Below, piece by piece: positions 40,601 through 54,419 of a DNA stretch of 64,000 bases. This stretch comes from the human T2T-CHM13v2.0 reference genome, Homo sapiens. Positions within the stretch are counted from its first letter, which is position 1, and each line of letters begins with the position of its first letter. A program made the position numbers and the translations under genes. A model generated the notes under the pieces. It searched no databases. It worked only from the letters and a program-made list of their open reading frames with translations, and was not told the origin of the DNA. Location: assembly GCF_009914755.1 (NCBI RefSeq), contig NC_060928.1, one strand, 5' to 3'.

Positions 40601-41744
40601 GTTAATCTTTTCAAAAAACCAACTCCTGGATTCATTGATTTTTTCAAGGGTTGTTCATGTCTATCTCCTTCAGTTCTGCTCTGATCTTAGTTATTTCTTA
40701 TCTTCTGCTAGCTTTTGAATTTGTTTGCTCTTACTTCTCTAGTTTTTTTCATTGTGAAGTTACGGTGTGGATTTTAGATCTTTCCTGCTTTCTCCTGTGG
40801 GCATTTAGTGCTATACATTTCCCTCTAAACGCTGCTTTAGCTGTGTCCCAGAGATTCTGGTACATTGTGTCTTTATTCTCATTGATTTCAAAGAAGGTAT
40901 TTATTTCTACCTTAATTTTACTAAGGTTGAAATTTAAGTTATTTACCCAGCAGTCTTTCAGGAGCAGTTTGTTCAGTATCCATGTACTTGTGTGGTTTTG
41001 AGTGGGTTTCTTAATCCTGAGTTCCAATTTGATTGCACTGTGTCTGAGAGATTGTTTGTTGTGATTTACGATTGTTTGCATTTGCTTAGGAGTGTTTTAC
41101 TTCCAATCGTGTGGCCAATTTTAGAATAAGTGTGATGTGTAGCTGAGAAGAATGTATATTCTGTTGATTTGGGGTGGACAGTTCTGTAGATGTCTATTAG
41201 TTCCGCTTGGTCCAGAGGTGAGTTCAAGTCCTGAGTATCCTTGTTAATTTTCTGTCTCATTTATCTGTCTAACATTGACAGTGGGGTGTTGAAAATCTCC
41301 CACTATTATTGTGTGGGAGTCTAAGTCTCTTCGTAGGTCTCTAAGAACTTGCTTTATGAATCTGGGTGCTCCTGTATTGGGTGCATATATATTTAGGATA
41401 ATTAGCCCTTCTTGTTGCATTGATCCCTTTACCATTATGTAATGCCCTTCCTTGTCTTTTTTGATCTTTGTTGGTTTAAAGTCTGTTTTATCAGAGACTA
41501 GGATTGCAACTCCTCCTCTTTTTTTGCTTTCCATTTGCTTGGTAAATATTTCTCCATCCCTTTATTTTGAGCTTATGTTTGTCCTTGCATGTGAGATGGG
41601 TCTCCTGAATACAGCACACCAATGGGTCTACACCAATGGGTCTTGACTCTTTATCCAATTTGCCAGCCTGTGTCTTTTAGTTGGGGCATTTAGCCCATTT
41701 ATATTTAAGGTTAATATTGTTATGTGTGAATTTGATCCTGTCAT
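37653..41744 (-). pseudogene. L1 ORF2 (endonuclease/reverse transcriptase), fragmented
   Basis: Start MTGSNSHITI at 41744; ORF pieces [38 protein letters not shown]; multiple frameshifts and stops. Confidence 0.92.
39163..39407 (+). repeat. 245-bp ectopic copy of 41034-41282 inside L1 ORF2
   Basis: Near-identical peptides MRQKINK.TQDLNSPLDQAELID appear in ORFs 39191-39385 and 41066-41260. Confidence 0.93.
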
Positions 41745-41806
41745 TATGATGCTAGCTGGTTATTTTGCCCATTAGTTTGTGGAGTTTCTTCATAGTGTCA
41801 ATGGTC

Positions 41807-42824
41807 TATACAATTTGGTATGTTTTTGCCATGGCTGGTACTGGTTTTTCCTTTCCATATTTAGTGCTTCTTTCAGGAGCTCTTGTAAGGCAGGCCTGGT
41901 GGTGACAAAATATTTCAGCATTTGCTGTCTGTAAAGGATTCCATTTCTCCTTCACGTATGAAGCTTAGTTTGGTTGGATATGAAATTCTGGGTTGAAAAT
42001 TCTTTTCTTTAATAATGTTGAATATTGGCCCCCACTCTCTTCTGGCTTGTAGGGTTTCTGCAGTGAGCTCTGCTGTAAGTCTGATGGGCTTCCCTTTGTG
42101 GGTAACCCGACCTTTCTCTCTGGCTGCCCTTAACATTTTTTCCTTCATTTCAACCTTGGTGAATCTGACAATTATGTGTCTTGGGGTTGCTCTTCTCAAG
42201 GAGTATCTTTGTGGTGTTCTCTGTATGTCCTGAATTTGAATGTTGGCCTGCCTTGCTAGGTTGGGGATGTTCTCCTGGATAATACCCTGAAGAGTATTTT
42301 CCAACTTGGTTCCATTCTCCCCATCACTTTCAGGTACAAACATAGGTTTGGTCTTTTCACATAGTCCCATATTTCTCGGAGGCTTTGTTCATTTCTTGTC
42401 ATTCTTTTTTCTCTAATGTTGCCTTCACACATTATTTCATTAAGTTGATCTTCAATCTCTGATATCCTTTCTTCTGCTTGATCAATTCAGCTATTGATAC
42501 TTGTGTATGCTTCACAAAGCTCTTGTGCTGTGTTTCTCAGCTCCATCAGGTCATTTATGTTCTTCTCTAAACTGGTTTTTCTAGTTAGCAATTTGTCTAA
42601 ACTTTTTCCATGTTCTTAGCTTCCTTGCCTTGGGTTAGAACACGCTCCTTTAGCTCAGAGGAGTTTGTTATCATGCATCTTCTGAAGCCTACATCTGTCA
42701 ATTTGTCAAAGTCATTATCCATTCAGTTTTGTGGCCTTGCTGGCGAGGAGCTATGATCTTTTGGAGGAGAAGAGGTGTTCTGGTTTTTGGAATTTTCAGC
42801 CTTTTTGCTCTGGTTTTTCCTTAT
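41807..42824 (-). pseudogene. L1 ORF1, disrupted (start codon reads ATA)
   Basis: ORF 41915-42370 encodes RATPRHIIVRFTKVEMKEKMLRAAREKG. Confidence 0.9.
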
Positions 42825-43531
42825 CTTCACGGATTTATCTGCCTTTGGTCTTTGATGTTGGTGACATACAGTTGGGGTTTCTGTGTGGACGCCCTTTTCG
42901 TTGATGTTGATGCTATTCCTTTCTGTTTGTTAGTTTTCCTTCTAACAGTCAGGCCATCTGCTGCAGGTCAGCTGGAATGTGCTGGAGGTCCACTCCAGAC
43001 CCTGTTTGCCTGGGTGTCACCACTGGCGGCTGCAGAATAGCAAAGATCGCTGCCTGTTCCTTCCTCTGGAAGCTTCGTCCCAGAGGGGCACCTGCCAGAT
43101 GCCAGCTGGAGCTCTACTATATAAGGTGTCTGTCGATCCCTGCTGGGGGGTGTCTCCCAGTTAGGAGGCACGGGGGTCAGGGACCCACTTGAGGAGGCAG
43201 TGAGTCCCTTAGCAGAGCTCAAGAGCTGTGCTGGGAGATCCACTGCTCTCTTCAGAGGCAGCAGGCAGGAACATTTAAGTTTGGTGAAGCTGCGCCCACA
43301 GCCGTCCCTTCCCCCAGGTGCTGTATCTCAGGGAGATGGGAGTTTTATCTATAAGCCCCTGAATCGTGCTGCTGCTTTTCTTTCAGAGATGCCCCGCCCA
43401 GAGAGAAGGAATCTAGAGAGGCAGTCTGGCTACAGCAGCTTTGCTGAGCTGCGGTGGGCTCTGCCCAGTCTGAACTTCCTGGTGGCTTTGATTTCACTGT
43501 GAAGGGAAAACCAACTACTCAAGCCTCAGTA

Positions 43532-43699
43532 ATGGTGGACACCCCGCCCCCCACCAAGCTCGAGCGTCCCAGATCGACTTCAGACTGCTGTGTTGGCAGC
43601 GAGAATTTCAAGCCAGTGGATTTTGGCTTGCTGGCCTCCATGGGGGTGGGATCCGCTGAGCTAGACCACTTGGCTCCCTGGCTTCAGCTACCTTTTTAG
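43532..43699 (+). CDS. ORF0-like antisense micro-ORF (55 aa) in the L1 5' UTR; expression unknown
   Basis: MVDTPPPTKLERPRSTSDCC...SMGVGSAE aligns with recalled L1 ORF0 (MAGAPPPASLPPCSLISDCC...SVGVGPSE); Kozak GTAATGG. Confidence 0.4.
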   Translation: MVDTPPPTKLERPRSTSDCCVGSENFKPVDFGLLASMGVGSAELDHLAPWLQLPF

Positions 43700-44883
43700 G
43701 GGAGCGAACGGTTCTGTCTCACTGGTGTTCCAGGTGCCACTGGGGTATGAAGAAAAACTCCTGCAGCCAGCTGGGTGTCTGCCCAAACGGCTGCCCAGTT
43801 TTGTGCTTGAAACCCAGGGCCCTGGTGGTGTAGGCACCCCAGGGAATATCCTGGTCTGCCGGTTGCAAAGACCGTGGGAAAAGCGTAGTATCTGGGCCGA
43901 ATGCACCGTCCCTCAGGGCACAGTCCCTCATGGCTTCCCTTGGCTGGCGGAGGGACTTCTCTGACCCCTTGCGCTTCCTGGATGAGGCAACACCCCACCC
44001 TGCTTTGGCTTGCCCTCCATGTGCTGCACGCACTGTCTAACCAGTCTCAGTGAGATGAGCCAGGTACCTCAGTTGGAAATGCAGAAATCACCCACCTTCT
44101 GCATTGATCTCGCTGGGAACTGCAGACTGAAGCGGTTCCTATTTGGCCACCTTGCCAGCCCATCTCGAGTAAGTTTTCTTATCTTTGCATGTATATCCGA
44201 TAAGCTAGATTTAGTGGTCAATAGCGATTTTTGGAATGAATGAATAAATAATAAGGATTGCTCTTTTTTTTACTGCACTATAAATGTGTAGAAGTCATGT
44301 AATTTAAAATTTATTTGTGTTAAAATGTTGGGTAAAATATTTTTACTCTACTTTAAATATCTAAGTTATTAAATATAACTGGCTGCATTTATTTTATTAA
44401 AACTTACAAAATAATTTTTATAACTATACAAATTATAGGATCATCTACATATTGTGCCTATTAAAATTTTACTTAAATATGATTTTAGTTTTTTATAGAC
44501 AGAAGTATAAAGAATGCTTCAAAATCTTAATCATTTAGAACTAAAATTATGTCTGGTGTCTTGAAATCCAGATTTACGTATGTGTTAAAGATACTGGTTA
44601 TTTCCTCAAGTCAAATCATGGAATTGAGAGGTAGAGTTGAATACAGTTTTAATAAATATGCATTGGTTCCTATGTGGCTATTCTTGCTGTAGTAGTACAC
44701 TAACACTCTACAAAAATCTGTTTTACAAAAAGAAACCTTTGGAAGTAACACTTATATAAATTAATGAAAAAAATGAATGAATATATGTAATGTAATAAAC
44801 ATTAAATGATTAATCAGTGGAGATCCTGGATTATAAGACAATAAAAATATTAAACAGTTTTCTCAGGGAAAACATTTTAGGAC

Positions 44884-44887
<4 letters not shown>

Positions 44888-44939
<52 letters not shown>
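44888..44939. repeat. (TA)n microsatellite
   Basis: Direct. Confidence 0.95.
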
Positions 44940-44943
<4 letters not shown>

Positions 44944-45504
44944 TTATTTCCCCCCTATTATTTCAGGGGCTATATCGTAAAGAAGAAATAAAACTTGAAA
45001 ATAAATGTACATTGACTAAGAATTTAACTGTTGAAACTCAAACACCTATATCTTTCATATATATGTACATATGTGAAATATATAGCTCTGATAGATATAT
45101 GCACACACACATACACACATACATATATAGTGGCTAAAGATATCTTTATTTCAGATATATATTTTTTCATATATCTTTCATAAATATTATTGACATACAT
45201 ATTTCATATATGTATGTACCTATATTCACATACACATAGCCCTGATTTTATCTTAGCACATACATTTATTATTATCTTACTTTGGAAATATTGGAAATAA
45301 AGTATTAGGTGTTTTTTAGCACATGTAGAGCTCAGCTAAAAGCAAAAGCAATGGAAACATTTTCAAGGACAAATTTACTAAGTATCGTAGCAATGCCACT
45401 TATTTCCATGTAACAAAAAGTATTATTTATACATTTACTATTTGGGTTAATTAAATTTTTTGCCCTGATGAAGACCTGAAGCAATTTCAGGATAGAATTT
45501 TTAG

Positions 45505-45921
<417 letters not shown>

Positions 45922-46974
45922 GATACCCAACCTTTCAAAGCCTGGATTTCCATACACAAAATATACCTAAAGATGCCTACTGTATTTGGTGGGGAAGTCA
46001 ATGTGAAAATTAGTGTAAATGCTACACAGTAGATAGAGGTTGATGGCCTCTTGGTCTTTTCATAATCATTATCACAGGAAACACAATGCTTACATTGCTT
46101 TACCTAATTCTACTTGTTCCATACAAGAAAATTAGAGCTGGTCACTGGATTAAATTGTATTTGTTACCTTCCTATTCTAAGTATCCTTAAAATAATAGGA
46201 AGGTAACAAACATAATTTAATAGATATATAGATAACATCTATAAGACATATCTTTAATAGACATGTAGATAACAACTCAAAGAGATCTGGCAGCTTCTCT
46301 TCTAAGTAATTAACCTGCACACATATGGTTTACCTAGACAATATAACATTTTTTGAGTATGGGGAGATTTGAAGCACAAGACTTGATGGGTATGAGCTTA
46401 TAAGTATTATTATTCTATTGAATATTGTTTTTTGGTTTGAAGTAAAATGTTAATTGAATTGGTAATGGTTTTGGTAATAAAAAGATGCTTCTGCAAGAAC
46501 ATAATGAAATTTGATTGATTCACTAAGCTTGGTCTTAAGTACTCGCATCAATGCTTTTAGCTTTTAAAATAAATTGTATCAATTATTGCTTAAATTTAAC
46601 ATTGATGAAAAACATTTCTAGCCCCTGGTTACCATTAATGTCTATATAGTTAACAAAGACATGGGGAGTTAGCTGCACCATTATGTGAAGGCTCTTTAAA
46701 TTAGGTTTACTGTAATAAACACACACAAGTTATTTCTACAGCTCTGAAAATCGGAAAAGGAAATAGAAGATGTTTAGGGTCACTGTCAGTTCTGTCTAAG
46801 CCTAGATTCCTTTTCTGTAAAATGAGGATGATAATAATGATATGCCCCTTTGTGTTTTTTAGAATAACAGAATAAATGATCAATAAATTTTAGCAATGAT
46901 TATTATTATGCACACACAGGCACTGTGCTATCCTCTATAAAACTGTAGGATGGATGAGATGTAATAATTATCCT

Positions 46975-47557
46975 TGTATAAGTTTCCTATTGCTGCTGAA
47001 ACAGATTACCACAAATGTAGGCTAGGCTTAGAACACTAATTTATTATCTTACAGGTTTGTATCTCAAAAGTCTGTTGCTGGTCTCACGAGGCTAACGTCA
47101 AGGTCTATATGCTGGAGCTCCTTTCAGGAGCCTCGCCAAGAGAATCTGTTTCCTTGCTCATTGAGGTTGTTGGCAGAATTAATTTATCTGCAGTGGCAGG
47201 ATTTAGATTCCTGTGTTCTTGCTGGCTGTAAACTCTGGGTCATTATTAACTTCCTGAGGCTGCCACATTGCTGGCTTTCTGACTTCTTCCTCTATCTTCA
47301 AAATCAGCAATGATGGATGGAGTCTCTCCCATGTCAAATCTCCCTGACCCACCAGTCAAAGTTCTTAGCTGTTAAGAATTCATGTGATTACAGTGGACCC
47401 ACCTGTGATAATCCAGGATCCTCTCCCCATCGGAAAGGTGGTACCATCTGCAAAGGGCCATCTGCAAAGTCCCTTTTACTGTGTGACATAACACATTCAC
47501 GGATCCCAGGAACTGGGGCATAACCTCTTTGGGAGAAGCATTATCCCGCCTACCACA
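46975..47557 (-). mobile_element. MLT1E-like (MaLR) LTR
   Basis: tgtataagtttcctattgctgct...attatcccgcctaccaca termini. Confidence 0.75.
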
Positions 47558-48599
47558 AACCCCAAGCTTTTATATATCTGGGAAAGTAAATAAAACAAGT
47601 ATATAAATAACAGCCACATAAGGCCGAATGTGCATCTTGCTTTAAGAAACTATAAATTCATTGTTCAATATCTAATTAGAAGGGAGTAATATAACTCTTC
47701 CTTTTATCATATATCATTATAAAGCTTTTATACTAGGATCTTCCCCTGTATAAGGGATTGTTTTCTCTTATCTTGGTCTCCTCGTTCCTCATCGATTGTT
47801 GTTCCTGCAGCAATTACCGAGCAGCGAAAATGCAGTGGAATGGCCACTTTACAGGAGGGAAGCCGTTTCCAATACTCACGAAGTACAACTCCTAACCTGG
47901 TGGGCTTGGGCATCCTGGGTATTTGTTCAGATAATCAACTTTAAGGCTTTTAAAAACATGTTATTTTGTGAAATATTTGTATAGAAATGCTCCTGTTCCT
48001 TCTTTATTTACCCTTAAGAGATTATGATCAGAGGTTAGTTATGTGACATTGGTTCTCTCCTCTGTGGCTGAATTCTTGAGAACATTGCCAATATTAGCAG
48101 ACCGTATTGTATTTCTCATATCTTATTTTTTTCCTTTTCATATCTGTCATTATCATCTGATGCCCTTCATCATAACCTAATTCTATTCTTCAACTCAATC
48201 ACTGCAGAATGGTGTTTTTTTCCTTGACCTTTATCTAGCTGTACAGAGTTTTTCATTCTTTAAGTATAAAAATATTTCCTCCCACTACTTGAGTATTCTA
48301 CTTCTAGACCTTCCCAATTTAAGCACCTATATGTATCTTCATCTCTTCCTTTCTGATGGAGTTTCACAGAAAAAAAAATAGTAAAAAATTCTGACCTAGA
48401 TCAGACTGGTTAATAGCTAGCTGGTTTCATATGAGCAAAACGACAGCTTGTAAAGTGCTAAGCTTGTGTCCTAAAAAAGACATGAAGCGCTTCCTTTAGC
48501 ATAACATAAGATAAAGCCAAGGTAAAATAGAACATTGTAGAATAGGATTTAATGAATTAATAAAAAAGAAAGAGTAAGTCATACAGACAGAGGACATAA

Positions 48600-48815
48600 G
48601 GAATGGTGTGTGAGTACATGGGCTTGGGAATCAGACGACCTGAGCTTGGACACCAGCTCTACCACCTGCTACTTGTTGAGCCTGGACAGGTAACTTACTG
48701 CAAAGCACAGATTTCCTTATAGGATAAAAGGCTATAAAAATATCCATCTTGGATAGTAGTCATGAAGAGATGATATACATAAAAACTTGGCATATGCTAA
48801 TTGCTCAATAACTGA
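48600..48815 (+). mobile_element. MIR SINE
   Basis: aatcagacgacctgagctt...cagctctaccac...tgctcaataa. Confidence 0.6.
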
Positions 48816-49559
48816 GAGTTTAATATTTCCTCAGACATCATCTAAAAGGACTGGACCTACATCTGCAGTTAACTGCACAATGGAAGAAACGGCCTCTCCT
48901 GGGCAGCCTCATGGATGGGGTGAAGAGACAAAGCTTGGGAGTGTAGCATGTTGAGCACATCTGCTCAGAGGTAACATTTAAGCAGTAAGTCTTGTGTTTT
49001 AAATCATGTTATCAGCCTACATGCATTATCTCTTTTAGTCATCATCATAACTCTGTAATATAAATACTGTAAAATATTTTATAGAGGAGAAAAAACTCCT
49101 ATGTAGTAAGAAGAGAGATAACTTGTCCTAGTACACACTGCTAGTTGGAAATAAACCAAACAAATGAACCCAAGTTTTGCCCCCAGAACCTATATGTTCA
49201 TATTTCAAACTAAACAACCATCTTTCCTGGAAAGCAATCTCTTCTCCAGACATCTCTATTTCTCTCAATAGAATGAACTTCTTAGTGATTTATTTTTTAA
49301 AGTTAAATGTCATAAAATAGGCATATGTTGTAGATATAACCAAATTGAAGTAGCATGTTTATGTATTAGAGCACAACTTCAAAATGGAGAGATTTAAACA
49401 GCTGTTTCATCAGCTCTTGTCAGGGCTCAGCTGCGTGCCTCTTCTGCTGCTCACATGTGTAGTTTCTCATGCAGTTACCATCAGATTGGGCTGAAGCTGC
49501 CGTGGCTCCAGGTCTAACTCCCTCATGTTCCTCCCCAGGGGCTTCACTCTATGTTGCTG

Positions 49560-49890
49560 TTTTAAATAATCTTACTTTTTAAGAACAGTTTTCGACATAC
49601 AGAAAACTTGGGCAATACTACAGAGGGTTCACACATACCCCACACCCAGTTTTCTCTGTTACTAACATCTTATATCAGTGATGTACAAGTGTTACAATTA
49701 ATATGCCCATATTGATGCATTGTTATTAACTAAAGTCCAGATTTTTTTCAGTTTTTTTTTATTTTTTTTATTTTTTATTTTTTTTAGTTTTTACAAAATG
49801 TCCTTTTCTGTTCCAAGATCTCATCTGGATACCATGTCATATTTAGTTGTCATGTCTCCTTGGGCTCCTCTTGGCTGTGACAACTGTGGC
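49560..49890 (-). mobile_element. L1MD/L1MC-type 3' end fragment inside an old MLT1
   Basis: cataccccacacccagttt...ttattaactaaagtcca...tttagttgtcatgtctccttggg. Confidence 0.65.
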
Positions 49891-49924
49891 CTTGCTCTTT
49901 ATGTGTTGTCTTATCCTCCAGGAC

Positions 49925-49942
49925 CACACACACACATGCGGG

Positions 49943-49989
<47 letters not shown>
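49925..49989. repeat. Interrupted (CA)n microsatellite
   Basis: Direct. Confidence 0.9.
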
Positions 49990-49991
<2 letters not shown>

Positions 49992-51919
49992 TAGTTTGGA
50001 CTTCTTACTTACTGGCCAAAGGCTCTGAGATGAGGGAAGGAGAAGCTGTCACATTCTAAGGCCTGGGCTCCAAAATCCCAGAACAGCAATTCCTCTGCTT
50101 CATCTTGGTCCAACCAGTCACAGGCCCAGCCTAGATTCAAAGGGGAAGACATAAGTCCCATCTCTTGATGGGCAGAGAGGCCTGTGTGTGCAGGAAGCAT
50201 GAGCAGAATAGTGAGATTGTCAAGGGTCATTTTAGGGTCAAGCCACACACAGATGCCCGGAAAATACCACCATTTGCTTAGTTGATTTTAAGCAGAGAAT
50301 GACGAAATCATTTTAAAAAATTGAGAACAAAATGGCATATTGATATTGAATCCAAATTCCTGTTTAAGCTATGTACCTCCAAATCAGTGGTTGCCATAGG
50401 GTATCACATTGTAACACAAATACCTATTTCTCATGCAATTGAATCACTCATAAAAATGTTGAATGTGCCATGTAATAAATGTAGTAATTTGTTTTCTTTA
50501 GTAAATATAACAAATGTGTATATTTAAAATAAAATTAGCCTTCCATTGCCATAGAATTCGGAACTGTGGCTTTTTTTTTTTAAGTTTAGGTTGTCTCCAA
50601 GCATAAAAATGGAAATACTGATCCTGTGACAACACAGCCTGAATTTTCTGCTTTGCAGATGCCAGATTTATTTTTAAATGGTGTGAATCAAATCTGTGCT
50701 GAGAGGCCAACTTCAAAATATAAAAGAAAAATTGGCAATGGGAGGATTGTGCTGGTTTGGCTGAAATGAAGTGCTCTACGGCATTTCATTCTAGTGGAGC
50801 GTCTGACTGTGAAAATCCTTCCAATTGTAATTTTCTTTGGCTTGCCAAAAGAGGATTATGAACTAAAGTCAGTGTTGCAGGAAATGTCACCTGTCCTTTG
50901 AAAGAAAATAATAAATCAAAATGGCTTTTGTTCATCATGTTTAAAATGAAAAAAAAAAAAAAGTTGATCCACTTGGAGTCTTCTCTCATTTCTTGACAAG
51001 GCAGTTAAATAAATAAAACGGAATTTTTTGTAATTGTTACTTCTTGCTCATCTCAAAAGGGGAAAAGGGAAATCTTCATTCAATACATATTCATACAGAG
51101 AAAATAGAAGAGCAGAGACAGAGACAGAAAGAGAAATGAGATGAAGAGTGAAACAAGACCCTGGTAGAGTTCCTCAAGTCAGATGTTAAGAAAGGTATCT
51201 TTAAATTATAATTTGTTTCTTTGATAGATACTATATTACAAATTCAAAAATGTGAGGTAAATAAAAACAAAAGGAATAGATAACTATTCCTGAAAAATTC
51301 TAAGTGCTTGTATATTTTGCTTTAAGCAAATAAAGACAAAATTACCAAACATATAACAGAGCTTGAAATTATCTGAATTCTTTTGCCTTGACAATTTTTT
51401 TCAGTTATTTTAGCAATAAACATTGCCTGTGATGAGTACATACCACTTCAGAGAAAGAAAGTGATATTTCTGGCTTATCGTATGGACATCATGGCCATGC
51501 TGACACCATTTCTTTAAAAAAGTAATTGTTAATGCTACTTTGTATGTATTAATCTGAAAATATAGAAGAGCATTTTAATAGTTGATGCCACCACCATAAA
51601 CTCCGTTTCTTGTTGCTGTTGTTATAATCATGTACTAATGATAACATCTGGAATGTTAATGTGGTGACAAATTTAGAAACAGCCATAGATTGCAAAGCTG
51701 GAAGATAATGGCTTACGACATTTGCTCTCTAATGTTGCAATGATATGATTTCAGATGTGTAATAAGCCAGTATGTCAAAGAAGCCAATAAGCCCATCATA
51801 AAAGCTATATAGAATTTTGATAGAGCATTATATCATCGCTGTGCATTTTCTAGTATGGTTTGGTTTGGTATAGTACAGGCAAATTTTAAAGTGTGGTTTT
51901 AAAATTAAGAAATATTGCA

Positions 51920-52224
51920 GCCAGGCGTTGTGGCTCACGCCTGTAATCCCAGCACTTTGGGAGGCCGAGGCGGACAGATTACGAGGTCAGGAGATCAGGA
52001 CCATCCTGGCTAACACAGTGAAACCCCGTCTCTACTAAAAATACAAAAAATTAACTGGGCGTGGTGGTGGGCGCCTGTAGTCCCAGCTACTCAGGAGGCT
52101 GAGGCAGGAGAATAGCGTGAACCCGGGAGGCGGAGCTTGCAGTGACCAGAGATCTCGCCACTGCCCTCTAGTGTGGGCAACAGAGTGAGACCCTGTCTCA
52201 AAAAAAAAAAAAAAAAAGGAAAAA
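51920..52224 (+). mobile_element. AluY
   Basis: Y diagnostics (accatcctggctaacac, gcgtgaacccgggaggcggagcttgcag); perfect TSD aagaaatattgca. Confidence 0.92.
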
Positions 52225-54287
52225 AAGAAATATTGCATATTATTTGATTTTACTTATTGATTTTAACTGTATAAAACTATAAGTCAAATATAACTGGAAA
52301 TTTTCATGTGAGCAATGTAGAAAAAGAAAACGAACATTCTCTTTATCAAGCCAGGTTTAATATGATGACTCTCAAACAAATACCAACACTAGGGTATATG
52401 ACACAGCCTCAGAGTCTTTTTCTGTCCTTTTTCTGGCACTGAAGATTAGAGTACCTTCTTTACGATTGTACTGTGAGCATATTGAGGTAAACCACAAAAC
52501 AGGTATCAGGTTAGGAGAAAATTAGCATTCTATTTAAATTCTGATTTTGAATCAAAGAAAATTAATAGATGGAAAGATAAATAGATGAATATATAGATAG
52601 AACCCTTAGCAAACATTTGCATGGTTTCACAGTGCTAGTATGTCTTTATTTCTTCCTTATTTCAGATTTCCTGGTATAAAGAGCAATTGTTTTTTTAAAA
52701 CAATTTAATGGCCATGTTAATTTTAATTTTTACTTTTTAAATTTTTTATTATTGAGTTTTAGGGACTATTTAAATTGTGTATTAGCTATTAACTATGGGT
52801 CAGCTTCTCACTTGTCATCCTATCTGAATTTTCACTGACATCAAAAGGACTCTTTCCTTTGTAGAAGCATTAGTAGATCATCTTCTCCAAACCGGATACA
52901 TGTTTCAGAGTTTTTCAACACTTGTGCATATAATCTACTCACAGCACCCAGTAAAAGTCCAATAAGTCAGTGTTGACTGACTGCTTCCTATCTAGTTCAA
53001 AAGTGGGGAGAAAATTAAACATGTTTTCGGTACATTTCCCAGCTTCAATATTTTAACTTCTCAAAGGAGCTAAATGTGCTTGGAAATGGTGTACGACATT
53101 TTAATTATGCTACCAGAAGAATCCGAGAAGAGTGAACATATTGAGAAACAGGGCAGAATGGAAGAAGAAAGTGGCACTGCTTTAAAGCCAAATTATCTGA
53201 TGTTTACATCTTTCAACACTTTGGCCCAAGTTCAAGACATTAAGCCTAGTTTTTCAAATGCAATTATGTATGGAAAGCAACAAGTATAGTCATGCCTGAT
53301 GATAGCAGGGGTCAGGCTGAGGGACACACCATTCTTTGGTCAAAACATGAAAGTTAATTTCAAAATCCACCAGGCCAAAAAGAAATATTAAACAAAGTTT
53401 TTGAAATAGAACATTTTGATGTCAGTATGTTTCTTTTATCTTAAAAAACCCAATCATTTTGAAATTCTCTGAGTATTATTCAGGTAAAGAAAAAACATGC
53501 TTTCTCACAATTAGGAAACACCAGGCCTTGATGGATATTTAGACACAGCTTGCATGACATTTTTAGCTATCACACTAGCAGGTGACATGACAGAATATGG
53601 AAGAACCGTAGCTCCTTGTGACGTGATTTCTGTGGTCCTCCCTGTTTGAAGCAATCTAAACTTAAAAAGTATATGACTTTGCCAAAATGAGGTGAAAACC
53701 TTTTTAAAGTGAAAGATTGCATTAAATCAGTAATTTGACATCACACTTGAGAAGAATGAACATGAATAATTTTTTATTCTGATGAAATTCACTTGTTTAG
53801 GCAGATGTAATGAACACTTGTTTGTTAACAAGTTATTAATCTTTATGAAGAGCTACTAACATTTCTGCTATGATTGAACAAAATATTATAGACATTTGGG
53901 GGTCACTTTCTTCCAGTTCTCTCCATTCTCTTGCCCTTTTTCTTCCCGGTTTCCTCCAATTCACTTCCCACCCATCCTCAAGAGCCTATAAATTGGCATC
54001 ATAACTCTAGACTAAAATAGCGTTCTGAGAACTGAAAGCTCATCCTTCACCCATTTTCTCATACTGTTTGCCAAATACGGTTTTTGGCATCTGAAATTAA
54101 CATTCCAACATTAACAGAAATTGCTGAATATTTAATAACATGTTTAGAACTGTGCTTGCAATCCCTTGAAGCCATGAATGAGTACCAGCCCCAGATGAAA
54201 TTGTCCAGCCTCATGTGAATCGACGGCTTCCATCAGAGCTGTGCCGCCCATTCTCATGGCTAATCTTCCCATGAATACTTAGACTGC

Positions 54288-54419
54288 CCTGCTAGTTAAA
54301 GTATGGCGCATTGGCATCACCTGGGAGTGTGTTAGAAATGCAGAACTACTGAATCAGAATCTGTATTTTCATAAGACCACAGGTGACACACGTGCAAATG
54401 AGAGAGTGAGAAGCATTGG
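54288..54419. mobile_element. MER5A-type hAT MITE
   Basis: gcatcacctgggag...tgttagaaatgcaga...ctactgaatcagaatctg. Confidence 0.7.

Larger units (their letters stand above)
37429..44166 (-). mobile_element. Full-length inactivated L1PA7/L1PA8-like LINE-1
   Basis: Long 5' UTR, ORF1, ORF2 and 3' UTR in order; TSD ga(c/g)taa(a/g)ttttctt (37415-37428, 44167-44180). Confidence 0.92.

Noticed and set aside
37429-44166. Possibly active LINE-1
   Set aside because: ORF1 start mutated; ORF2 broken by stops, frameshifts and insertions
50834-50850. TTGGCTTGCCAA NFI-like palindrome
   Set aside because: Spacer is 2 bp rather than the canonical 5
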